Shown here: positions 24,999-37,210 of the stretch, piece by piece
Layout: every line of letters starts with the position of its first letter
Numbering within the stretch: position 1 is the first letter of the stretch
DNA from: Marsupella aquatica
Lineage: Eukaryota > Plantae > Marchantiophyta
Assembly: GCA_973895155.1 (NCBI GenBank)
Contig: OZ316898.1
Coordinates: forward strand, 17,412,752-17,476,751
Reading direction: 5' to 3'
Length of the DNA: 64,000 nt
The notes under the pieces: generated by a model
Seen by the model: the letters and a program-made list of their open reading frames with translations, nothing else
Databases searched by the model: none
What the model was told of the DNA's origin: nothing
Position numbers and translations under genes: made by a program

Positions 24999-27900
24999 GA
25001 ATGGGCAAATCCTTGGATAAGCGAAACACTCTGAAGTCGGACGGCTTGAGATTTCCAACAATGCGCATGAATGACCTGTTTGTGACTCTACTCAACATGA
25101 CATAGACTAGCCCGGGTGCAAATGCATTGCTAATGTCCAACACGACCTTGTTGGATACCGTGCATCCTTGGCTTTTGTGTCCGGTAATTGCATACCCGAG
25201 CATCAAAGGGAACGTGGATTTTCTATAGGTCTCGAGTCCTGAGAGAAATTTGTTTTCATGCACTGTGCGGTTCACTTTGATGAGACAGTGGTTGGAAGCC
25301 AGGCGGATAGAAATAGTCATTTTGCCGTTGGTGTCGGTCTTGATGTCCTCAATGACTCCGCCGTTGCCGTTGACTGCATGTTGGGCAAGGTCGATGTTAT
25401 GTGTGAGAATCACCTTGCATCCAATTGCTGCGGTTGATAGTGTGTGGAAGTTGGAATCTTGGATCCAAGCTTTCGTCACATCAGTGAATGGGGCATTTGT
25501 CAATATGGGGATGTCTATGATGTCTTGTGGTGCAAAGTAGCTTTGTAGGGCCAGGTTGTTGTAGTTGTTGACGGAGTCTCTATGCGTGCATATGACGGTC
25601 GTAGAGGCGTCCATGAAGTCTAGCGCTTCGGTTTTTGAGACATAGCATTTTGAAAGGCAATCCTCGATTGATTCTTGGGTGGGGAGCTCTGTCCGGATTG
25701 CATTGAGGAACTCCATGAATTGTCGGTCCTTGCTTTGTCTGAGGATTGTGCTGAGGTGGAACTTTTGCATGGACTCATAAAATGGCGACGCTGATATATG
25801 ACACAACTTGCATATGTTGTCTGTTTGATGGTTGCATACTGGGGGCAGTTGGCACATGTCACCCACTAGGATCACCATCTTTCTCTTGAAAGGGTCGGCG
25901 GTGCGGTACTCATCTTGGAGTGTCTCGTGGATCCTTGTGGAGATACACCGCAGTAGTTTAGGCGTCAGCATGCTGGCCTCGTCTATGACAAAAATGTCGT
26001 TGTTTCTCAACGTCTGAAAGTATGGGCTTGTGATGTGGAGAGGTCGGAGCTCTCCGTGTGTCGGAATGTTGAACAAGGAATGCATAGTCACTGCGTTGGA
26101 GTTGAGGTTGATTGCGGCCGCGCCTGTGGTGGCACACATCTTCACCGACCTTCCTTTTGATCTCCAATACCTGTCCATGTGTGCTATGAAAAAAGTCTTG
26201 CCTGAGCCCGGGTTCCCGTTGATCATGAACAGTCCGCTTGTGACATCCTTGAGTGCCTTGAACACTTCCTTTTGGTCTGGAGTCAACTTTACATTTTGGA
26301 TTGCTTCTTCTGCAGTGGTGGTGGCCATTGTTGGTGGTACAGTATTGGAAGGGCCTGGCTGGAATGTGGCTGCTTCCTTAAAAATCTCAAGAGGAAGCTT
26401 GTCGTTCAGTTCATGCAATAGGTGCGATGTGTGGTGGGTCGAGTAGAGGTGCGATGTGCAGTACTCAAGAACCAATTGGTGTATGTCATCTACGTTGTTG
26501 ATCAACTTGCGATGGATGCACTCGTGTAGGTAGGTCCAAGTGTCGCTAAAGGGTTTGAGGAGAATTTCTCCTTCAGCACGAAATCTTACGACCTTCAACA
26601 GGTAGTTGTAGAAGAAGCCATTCATCTTGTAGACCGGATGGTACTCCAAAAATCTCACGAGCCGGTTTGTGCGATACACAAAGTTGCCTTGTAAGTCTTG
26701 ACCAACATAGTCACTGTTGTTGCTTTTCTTGTTGGTGAGGACCTCATGGTTTGTGAAGTACTCATGGAAGGACATATCAAAGAGCGCCTCGGGCCTCTGT
26801 GCGTACAATCGAGTCGGATGTAAACATATCCCTGATGATTTTCTATAGATGGCTGATCTTAGCTCAGGAGGGGAAGAATCCATGTAGAACACTGTCTCTG
26901 AGCGGTGTATGATGTTGATTTTGAGGCATGTCAGAGCTGCCTCCGTGGCGCACACGCTTCGAGAAAGTACTGCTCCACTGACCAACTTTAGTTGAATTTC
27001 AGTCAAGTCGTCCAAGCCTAGGGTACGTGCATCATCAACATTTAACTTGAGAGATCCCAATGGCTCGCATTTGATGGCGTACTTGAGCAAATAGAATGAC
27101 CAAGCTGCATTTGTGACGCGTTGGAGGTTCATGTGCGCACCCCACAATAGTAGCACGAGCGGATGATATGGGACGACATTTCGATGGTGGTCACTTGGCC
27201 TGAGATACCTCCATCTGCCAGTGGTTGGATTTATCGTGGCGATCCTCTCAGAGTATGTCTCTTGGGGGAATCCCAATTTACAATATCGTAGACCTGTTTG
27301 GTGTTGCATTTGCAAGCATAAGCCGGGCTTGCAGTAATGCATTTGCTTTGTCACCACATTCTGATAGAGTGTTCTGTCTTCTGGATTTTCAGGCTCTTCA
27401 AATCTATCCAATGCCTCATCAAATCTTCCAGGAATGTATGCAGCTATTTCGTTTGTGACACGATCAATGTCGGGTTCCTCCACCCATAGCACAGTGTGTG
27501 CATGTAGTGATCCTCTTCCCTGCAACTCATACCTGATGATGTAGTGCAACACCTTGCCAAGTATGGCATGTCTCGACAAAATGTATTCCTTGAAAAACCG
27601 TTGTATTCGTTCATGGAAAAGGACAGCACATTCGGCCGGACAGTCTTTCCATGAGAACGAACGATTCATTCTCTTTGCTATGGTTCCAAATCTGCTATCT
27701 CTGGCCATCTTGTGTCACTAAGCTCGTCACAAGTCAACGTTAGGAAGAAGTGTGGCAAACCCCATTTTCTCACCATGCACTTTAGGTCATCAAGATGTTT
27801 TCCATGCCACGCTGGGCTTCCGGGAACAGCCTGGGTGATTGTCTTCTTTATCAACATTTTGTAGATATCCTTCTCGATGAAGTGTGGGAACTTTTGCTTA

Positions 27901-29042
27901 ATGGACAAGTATTCCTTTTCTATCACTGTCGTCCTGCTCATGGATGCTATCTGGCTGGCCTGTCGCAGCTGGTACATGATGAGTAGATATGGCTTGTACA
28001 AAGTGAACACACTGAATAGCTGTTGGGTTCTGCGTTTCATGTAGTTGATTAAGCTAAGTTGTCCTTGGTGGAATCCCCTGGAGTGCACAAACAGGAAAGG
28101 GAACATTGCAGTCTCCAATGTCAATTTTGGATTTTCAGATAGCCCTTCAACATTGGTCTTGACTTCTTCTTCCGTGCACATCCGCTTGCGAGCGTAAACG
28201 GTGCCGGAACGGAAGATTTGGTAATGGCGTTTGCGTGAAGTTGGGATTGTGTACGTCACGTCTTGCAAGATGTGTAGATCAGGGTCAAAGGGGTCAAAGT
28301 TCATGGATCTTGTGGTGATTCCTTTTGCCCTTTTGTCTTTGAGGATTTCATCGACAGCCTCGGAACTGAGGATGCAGAGTCCAAGCGATGGTTCTGGCAA
28401 CTCGACCAACGACACGTATTGCTTGAAAAGTTTGTTCTTAGTCAAATTCAATTCCATGACCTTGTAGATCTGCAACATGATCTCATCTTTGTTGTCACAC
28501 TCCAAGGTCTCCAAATTCCAAGATATCAAGGGGCTATCTAGGAGGCTTTCATTCTTATAAAAGCCAGAATGGAAGCCATGGAACTTTTGTATGATGCCCA
28601 GTCGACAATCGATCAATGACAATAGTTGCATGTAGAGTGGCTTTGCGGCCAGGATATTGATCGCGTATTGTGGAGACACAAAAGTGTTAATCTGAATCCT
28701 TTTGGGATTTCGAGCGCATGTTACGCAAACATTCACTTTTTCATCCTAGGTATCAATGTATTGGTTCATGAAAGCGTTGCATATCCCGTATGGCGTGACG
28801 TCAATCTTTTGAACAGTGGTGAATGTCATATCGAGCCTTGATGTGTTGCCATAACGCACAAGTCCGCACATTCCGCACACCCTCATGTCTCGTACCGTCT
28901 TTTGGCAGACTGTTTGCCATTCTTGTAGATACAATTGGGCCGAGGCCCATCCTTGACAGTATGGGCTTTGCAATTCAGCATGGGCGAGTGTGGCACGCTC
29001 TCGTGCTGTATCTCTTCTCTCAGATAATGTACGGCGCGACAT
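24916..29042 (-). mobile_element. Rolling-circle transposon (Helitron-like, Helentron/Helitron2 type) Rep/PIF1-helicase, ~1375 aa when repaired; one in-frame stop and one frameshift
   Basis: N-terminal CxxC pairs (CGMC, CVTC). Rep motif 1 GLPHFFLTLTCDE, HUH motif 2 YIIRYELQGRGSLHAHTVLW, motif 3 YLLKYAIK. PIF1 motifs GNPGSGKT, IDEASML, GDMCQLPPV, LRQ, FPLMLGYAITGHKSQG, YVMLSRV. TAG at 28746-28748 is in frame with the next ORF; a -1 frameshift falls near 27683. Confidence 0.95.
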
Positions 29043-29504
29043 TTACTTGCAGCCCTATGCATATCAAGAAGAAAGGGTCAGGGTTTATGCAAGAATACGG
29101 TCTGCCATGAAATTTCACATGGGAAGAAATGACCAAAGTTGTGATCCTAGCTTTGCAAAGTAAACCATTTTGAGGTCAAGTGAATGAGTTTTGTGCAAAG
29201 CACAAAGAAAGAATGTAAGTGATGACCTATAATTAGGTGGACATAACTTGTAGAATCATGGAGCAACGTGGAAGACATGGAAGTGCCATAGTTGAGGTCA
29301 AGAGAATGAGGTATGATAGAAAGGATGTAAGTAATCGCCTCTATATAAGTTCCATCTCAGTATTTAGGGTCATCCTTCTGTATGAACCCAAACGATTTAA
29401 CATTCCAATTAGGAAAGTGACAGAGTTATCCTCTACCGTAACTTGTGGATGAATGGGGCAAGTTATGTATTACGCCAGATTTGGCTCTATATATATTCAT
29501 CCAT

Positions 29505-30930
29505 AAGGACGAATACTAGAAACCTAAGCACATTGTGTACTTTCAAAGTAAGGGATATTGTTTTATGATGATATGTGAAGCTACAACACTCACTAGCACT
29601 AATATCCATTTCAAGCTGGAAATTTAACTTCTATTTCACCTGCCTTCAACATCCTACAACTAAAATACACTGAGTACAAACTGACTTTCTACTAGAATCA
29701 TAAATTTACTTATTATTTTATTTTATAAGTTGTTAATGTTATGTTTCTATATTGATGATATAATAAACTGATTCCATAGTAGGGTCATTAGTTTTCCACT
29801 TCTTCCTCTTGTTTGTTCAGTTTTGATGTTGTTTGTACTTTAATAATGTTTTATGTAAGAGATAAAACAAACTCATGGCAAAGTAGGTTTGGTGTTTAGT
29901 CTTAGCATGATGTTTTGTTTTATAACTTTTTAAAGATTGCTTTACAGTTATTTTGAATTAAAGTCACATTTATAACACATGATTGTGCCATTAGCTTCTC
30001 ACTGAAATATTTGTTGCTGTTAGACTATTGTTATAACGATTGTTTCTTGCAGTTTTTAAGAGAGTTGAGTTGTATAGAATGAACATACTTGTACCACAGA
30101 CAATCAATAATTGTGACTCGTATTGCAGTTGCCCTTCCAAAGAGTTGATGTGTTGTAATCCACCTATCAAGGTAAGAGATCATGGATTGACACTCATAGT
30201 ATTTAGTCAGATGCTTGATTTATACAGTTGTTTGCTCTATATTTATTCATGAGGACAAATACTAGAAACCTAAGCACATTGTTAACTTTGAAAGTAAGGG
30301 ATTTTGTTTTATGTGTCTTGGACAGATTACCAACTAAAATACAATGATTACAATCTGACTTTCTACTACAAATATAAGTTTACTTACTATTTTATTTTAT
30401 GCGTGTTAATGTCATGTTTCTATATTGATGATATAAAATATTGATTCCATAGTAGGCTCGTTACTTTTTCACTTGTTCTTTTTCACTTGTTCCACTTGTT
30501 AGTTTGGTTTTCATGCTCTTTTTGCTTCAATTACGTTTTTCATATAAGAGATGTGTTGTAATCCACCTACCAAGGTCAGAGATCGATCATGGATTGGCAT
30601 GCATAGTAGTTAGATGCTTGATTCATACAGTTGTTTGTTCATATAAGCGATAAGTCTTAGCATGATGTATCGGTTATAACTTTTTAAAGATTGCTTTACA
30701 GTCCTTTTGAATTAAAGTCACACTTATAACACATGATTGTGCTATCAGATTCTCAGAAAACTACTTGTTGTTGTTAGACTATTGTTATAACAATAGTTTT
30801 TTGCAGTTTTGAAGAGAGTTGAATTGTATAGAATGAACATACTTGTATCACTGACCAGCAATAAATGTGTCTCGTATTGCAGTTTCCCTTCCAAAGCGTT
30901 GATGTGTTGTAATCCACCTATCAAGGTGTA
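29505..30930. repeat. AT-rich segmental duplication (blocks of ~100-370 bp, rearranged) upstream of the RepHel
   Basis: aggac.aatactagaaacctaagcacattg at ~29506 and ~30252; agtcttagcatgatgt...ccacctatcaagg at ~29898 and ~30653. Confidence 0.85.
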
Positions 30931-33900
30931 GTATAGGTGTACCTCTGGAGATTTAAGTGACCTCTAAGTGGCCTGTAAAAAGTCTGTGAAATATCAAGTA
31001 CAATCAACAGATGCTCAAAAAGCAATGAATGATGATAATGTAATTGTGACTTACTTCATTACTCCAATAAGGCAGATATAAGGTTAATTAAGGTTATTGG
31101 CCTTTGTGTAGAAGGTGCATTGCCGTCTGCCTGGTGTGGACATACATAAGCTTTACACGTAAAACAGTCAAGGCGGCCACAACCCAGCAGCTACAGTTGC
31201 TTATGCACAGAATCTGTTCAATTGAGTGAACTTTGGGCTTTGACCATGTACAATTTTCTGGGCATTCCACTTTCCAAATTTTCATTTTGTATCACTCCGT
31301 TCTAGACTAACCAGAGGGGGGCATACTCCACAATTCGGTTGATGACAAAATTGTCAAAAAGCACGCAAGTTTGCTTTACTGTTTGATATGTGGGTCTTGA
31401 TGAGAGGATATTATTCTCATGCATGTGATTTCTGTTTTTTTGAACCTCGTACACTTAATGAGCTCCTCTTATCTTCCAAAGTGATGATGTCATTGCAATG
31501 GATATGAACAAACGTGAAGATTGTACAATCATACACAGTGTCCATACCATGTAAAGAAAGACTCATCAACTTCTCAAGTAAATTATGTCCCAAAAAGAAG
31601 AGGAAGCAAAATGGAAAACTTCTATATCAACAAACCGAGCTTCGGAAGAACGTAGGCAGAACGACGTCAGTTTCACCTTCAAGAAGTGCTTTCATAGAAT
31701 CTCCATGTACATTTATTTTCTCCACCTACACCAATTTTATCTTCGGGCAAGATTCGCTCAAGCTCCTTGACGTGCCTCAGCACTCAGCACTTTGCACTGA
31801 GATTAAAAATGCATAGACTGAAAGAGGGTGAACACTATGGTAAGTCTTACAGAAAAACAGGTCACAACGCAAAAACTGAATCAAACGAACTCTCCAGACT
31901 TGTATCCCGAAGATCAGGAAATAGCCACTCGACAAAGACCATGTTTGGCTCCAGCAAGTTCAAATCATAAAAAATTTCGTCAGTGTCAAAATAATCCCAA
32001 TCCCAGAATTACACGAACCCAGAATTTCTCTGCAAGAACAAAAACTGAAACCAGAGTGGGCTAAATGTGAAACAAACATGTGGATACAGACAAGAGGCTC
32101 CAGAGTGCACAAGACCCCAGGCATCAGGCATCAGAACTCTAGCAGAATCTATCAGAAACAACTAATATGTCCAATTGCAAAGAAGAGGTCAGGTGAGAGT
32201 GCCTTTTCAAGTGGTAGAGGTCAATATGTGCAGTATGCAAATTTGGCCTTTCTGGTCACCAACAAGCTGTCAGAAATTTTGCCTTTATGCAACCAGACGG
32301 CCACCGTTGCAGTGAATGGGGCCCGCGGAGAGCTGTCACATAATTATAACGTGACAATATTATTCTCTGAAATTGAGGATCAGCTCATTTCTAAACGTGG
32401 TCCGTCCTACAATTCAAGGAATATGGAATTTGGCAGAGTAAGAAACTAACTTTACCTTGAAAGTGTTGTCTCCAAAAAACTGAATCTCACTGAATTCTTT
32501 CTCAACAAATGACAAACATAATGTCTTATCCCATCCACTGGGGAAGACCTGAACCATCACGATCAAAAGTTTGTTATTACAAACCAGAAATAGCGCTCTA
32601 AAAATCCCAATAGAACTTAGGAATCATTCTAGGTAAATGTTGGCGTAGAATGTGGATTGCGGCAGTTCATCTGACATCTTGTCAAACCTTGTGAGCTGTC
32701 AGAAATTTTGTCTGGATGTAACCAAGCGGCCACTGTGGCAGTGAATGCGGAGAGCTATCACATAATTATACTGTGACAATATTATTCTCTGAAATTGAGG
32801 ATCACCTCATTCCTATAACGCCCCTGGAAAAGTCATCCTGACTGAAGAAATCTCAGGTAGACGGCAGATTGTGGTAGCACATACTACTAAAACCAACTAA
32901 AGTAGCTGGATGTACTTTACATGATGAAACAGCCCCAAAGTCTAACGGACGATATTGGAAGAAATTGTGCTTTCAGAGAAGATTAAAGCGCAACATTTTT
33001 ACCAATCAGTCATGGTGGCAATTGTGCGAAACGCGATGATGAGAGACCAATCCGGATTGGAGCCCCGGTCCTGCCAACAGCCCAGCGACGACATGATATA
33101 TCCCTGAGCCCTATTTGGTTTAGTGATAATTGTGGACATTTCGCCGTCTGTGAGGAGAATATTAGAAAGCCCTCCAACACGGACAGGGTCGGTAGACGAT
33201 GACTCGTTGGAGAACGTTCGTCATTCAGAACCGTCATGGCGTTCTATTTTGCCATGGGAAGCGGCATAGAGCCTCCATTTCGGGATGGGAAAATGAAAAT
33301 GCGGAATTTTAACAACGAAGAAGGGACCAGCTTTGTATGGATGAGCCCGTGCAATTGATGCGGCGCCCGTTGCAAAGTGAGCAAGCGGGGTCTCTCCATC
33401 CCCAGGAGTCATTTTGATCGGGTGCTCTGCCTCACTCGCCATCTCTCCAAAATGGTGACAAGCTCCCCACCCGGCAGTTGTGAGTTCGAGCTGAGGCGAA
33501 TTGTAGAGAAATGTCTCTTAACTAGAGCTGGAGACCATATCTTGAACTCTAATGGGCAAGTTCAGAGAAGACTCGCTACTCTGTTTCCATCCCATTCGAT
33601 CTCATTGCATCTCATTCATGGACATGAATGAAGCACGAGTTTATCAAAATACACATATCAAGAGCGAGATCGTAATTACTTAAGTAAAGTGCATATTTCC
33701 ATAACGATGAGACTCTCTCACCTGGTTCCACCTCGAAAGCGGTTCCTATCAGTCAATCGTAGACCAGATCGTCGCGTCGCCGAGGAGGCCACCTCACACA
33801 CAGCTCTAGCACTACAAGCACAAATTCTTCCAATCTGCAACGGGCCCAAATTCTTCCAATCCACAACGGAAAAGGTTGTCTTCTCATCCACAAAGACAAA

Positions 33901-36900
33901 CCCACGACCAAGAAGACAAGAGCCACCTATAGGAAGAAATGCAAACTGGCGACAAAACCACGACCAAAAAGACTGCTTCGGTTTTCACATGCACACAGGA
34001 TTATGTGTGACGTTACTTTACTTTACGTTACTTACTTCTCTATTTTTGAGTCATTTTGTAGCATTTAAAATAGTCCAATGGTAACTAATACAGTTACAGT
34101 GAAAAAATATGTTATCTCTTTAAATATGTTATCTCTTTCCTTGTATTCTTTTTATTTTTAAGATTAATAGTTACGGCATGGCACCCCAAAAATTACCTTG
34201 CTTTTATCACAAACAGGACAGAGTCCCTTTGGATTTACAAGAAACCTGCTCTGTCCTGTTTGTCACCATCCTTGATGATGTGGCGCATCCTAGTGCCAGA
34301 GAATTTGCAAGAGACCTCTAATGGGGTCCGTAACCAATGCCTACTACACACGCGGCACACCCTCGTTGCACCCAACAGCACCAGCGCACAGCAAACCGCG
34401 CGCGAAAAGGAGCAGAGCGAAGGATTCCACCAAGGAAAACCGCGCGGTCGACCATGCGGTGAACTGCGTTGTTGCTGACATCATTCGAGGCTTGAAAAAG
34501 TCCGCGTTTTATGGATTGCTTCACAGAGAAATTGGTCGAATCCATCGATAGATCGATCACAGCACAAGGAATTTTTCGCCGCGAAGCGATTCTGTACTAC
34601 CGACCTTCGATTTCCCAGAAATTGGGCTTCAGAGTTCAGAATTCTGGTCCAGTCTAGTGTAAGTCTTGTCCAGTGTGGTCTCCCGTAGGTGATGTGAGTC
34701 GGAGGTACAGGTCTGTTGACTACGGCACTCCTCATGATGGATTGTGGTGCGATGTCGTTGATCGTTCACTGTTCTAGCGTAGGAGTAGGGATTACTGATT
34801 ACGCAAAAGCCGCCGAGTGATTGTGGTGTCAATTACGGTACCGCTCCTTGCTTTGGGTTGCAGGCAGTTGGAGCAGAACAGAGCTCTCCCTCTGTCTCTC
34901 TCGGTCTTCCTCTCGTTTCCTGTGTTGCTCTAAATCTCTCCCTCTCTCTCTCTGTCTCTGCGTCTTTCTCTCGTTTTCTGTGTCCCTCTGTAAATCTCGT
35001 TCTCTCGTTGTGGAATTGTCTCAGCCGATTCACGGAGCAATCTTTCTTTCTGCTTTGACAATTTCTATTCGGGGATTCTATCTCGCGTAGTAGGTAATTG
35101 AGTGGTTTGGAGAAGTTTTTAGTCGTTTCTCTGTGAGTCCATGGCCTTTTTCGTTCTCGTGTAGGTGTAGGCGAACTCGTTGCCCTCTTTCTTTGTGGTC
35201 CTTGCCTGCTTGGTCATCCTCTATTTCTGCGTCTCTGTACAGAATTTCCTTCTCTCTCTGGTACGTTTGTCGACCGCAATCACTGCATTACGGAAGGTGA
35301 CGTCCCGTTCTCTCTGTACAGACGGAAACAGGGGTTGTTTGTCAGCCTGCCGTGCAAGCCAGGGCAAGCCTACAGAGAAAGTGCTGCGAAATCTCTCGCC
35401 GGGATGCCAGTTTAGGGAAACTTCTTCGAGAAACGGGACTGGAAAATTATGCTCTTGTGTGTACGTTCCTGCTGCTGTCCGACGACGAGGAGGACCACGA
35501 AGACTAGGACGACCATCGCACTCGAGGAGCACGTGTTGGAAAGGAGCTATGACCGATCGCGCGCGTGATGGAAGAAGCTCCGGTGCACTTTGAGGAGGCT
35601 TCGGAAGAGGAGGAGCAGGAGCGCAAAGAGAATCATCGACGCAGCGTTACTATTGTTAGTGATCTCGAGCCCTTGAGCAGACTCGCACGTATCTGACCTA
35701 ATTGGTCTGTTAGCTGGGGGCCACCGCACCGCAGGGCACCATGGTGATGGGGTCAAGTCTTTGGGTGGGTTTTCTCCTCGGTCTATCTGCCTAATTGATT
35801 CATTTTTATTTGGATGGGTGTAGTAAAGCAATTGGATGGAATTTGTGTGGTTAGTTCTTCCTTCCTTCCTTCCTTTCCTTCCCGCAGATTTGAGGAGAAT
35901 TGCAGAGGATTCGAGGGTAATTTACCGTTGTTGGGCTTCCATCTTGGACAATAGAGTAGTTCCGACTGCCTAGCTTCCTGGCTGGCCCCAATTGTTGGAT
36001 TCCCAATCGGTTGTTAGCTTGTGAGCTCTTTGAAGGGGAAGGGAAGTGAACGAAGGTATAGGAAAACTGAACGGAAGTGGACGCAAGGGCAGGAAAGAAA
36101 GGAAGACGAAAGAACTGGAACGAACATAACAGAATTATTGTCAACTGAAGTCCCTTTGGATTGCGGTGGCCGACCGCCTGAAGCCATTTATTTTCCAACG
36201 CTTGTTCCTCTTCTTCTTCCGCCCGGGGGGAGCTAAAAAGTCGTCTAGAGTGTCACGTTGGAATGCTATCGACTTGTGTGTGACCAGAGATGTGAGGCTT
36301 TGGGTTACCATCGTGCCTTGTAAGTATCAGACACTAGCAGTGTTTGAGATTCCTGCCGTGTGATCATGGATGCAATGGTGATGTTTACGTTTGGAAGGGA
36401 GGGAGAACAGGAGGAGGCCGGCCTGGAATTGAAGTATTCTGACTGACCTCCCGATCTTCGCATTTTTTAGATGTCAATGGCGATCTGTACGACGAGACCT
36501 CAAATGTGCAGTGTTCTTGGAAAACTCCTTCTGATTCCTATGCATGGTCAAAATAAGAGCAGACTAGCCTGGGTTGTTCGATTTACAGTTCTTGTGCTAC
36601 AGAAGGTCCTGGACATGCCTTATCAGCTCCCCGTTCAGAAATGTTTCGCTTGGCAAACCAAACAACCAGAATGGCCGTGTCTAGGGTTGGTGCTGCGAAA
36701 TGGAGTTTGATTTCTTTTTCCCGTGTCGATTTCTCCCCGTGTCAGATTTGTAATGCTGGTGGCAATTCCGAGGATCTTACAAAATTTAAGAACAGGTTTA
36801 GCCTGACGCAGAAGTCCATATAACATTTAGGTTTTCTGTTTTCTGAATGTCTATCGGCTACCATATACGCACGACTCTCACTCAGCTGCCGGAATGGTTT

Positions 36901-37210
36901 GGCCTACTCCGCACTGTAGGAAATAGGACCGCACCCAACCTTGGCCTTATTCATTTCGTCCAAGTATGAATTTTACCAAACGAGTGAGGATGTACATACA
37001 TATTTGCTGGCTTTTGCTTTGTTTTGTCTTTAGGACAACCGAACTGGTGGATTCTCTACCGAGATTCATTATATATGGGTCTGTTAGTGAAGGATATATA
37101 TGGGTCTGTTAGTGAAGGAACAATAGGGAACCTTAGCCAGGTGATTTTACACTGGTATGAATTGATGATTGCGAGGTCGGATCTAACAGACTGTCTTCCT
37201 ATCATGGCAG

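Noticed and set aside
25250-29110. Plus-strand ORFs over the RepHel
   Set aside because: Antisense shadows of the RepHel coding sequence.
31094-34084. Short ORFs as possible captured genes
   Set aside because: No motif or consistent splice model could be supported.
20900-34200. Fanzor/TnpB, RPA or AP-endonuclease cargo near the RepHel
   Set aside because: No RuvC (D-PG, E-TS-C, RD-NA), OB-fold or APE motifs were seen in the ORF track or in manual reading; degenerate copies cannot be excluded.
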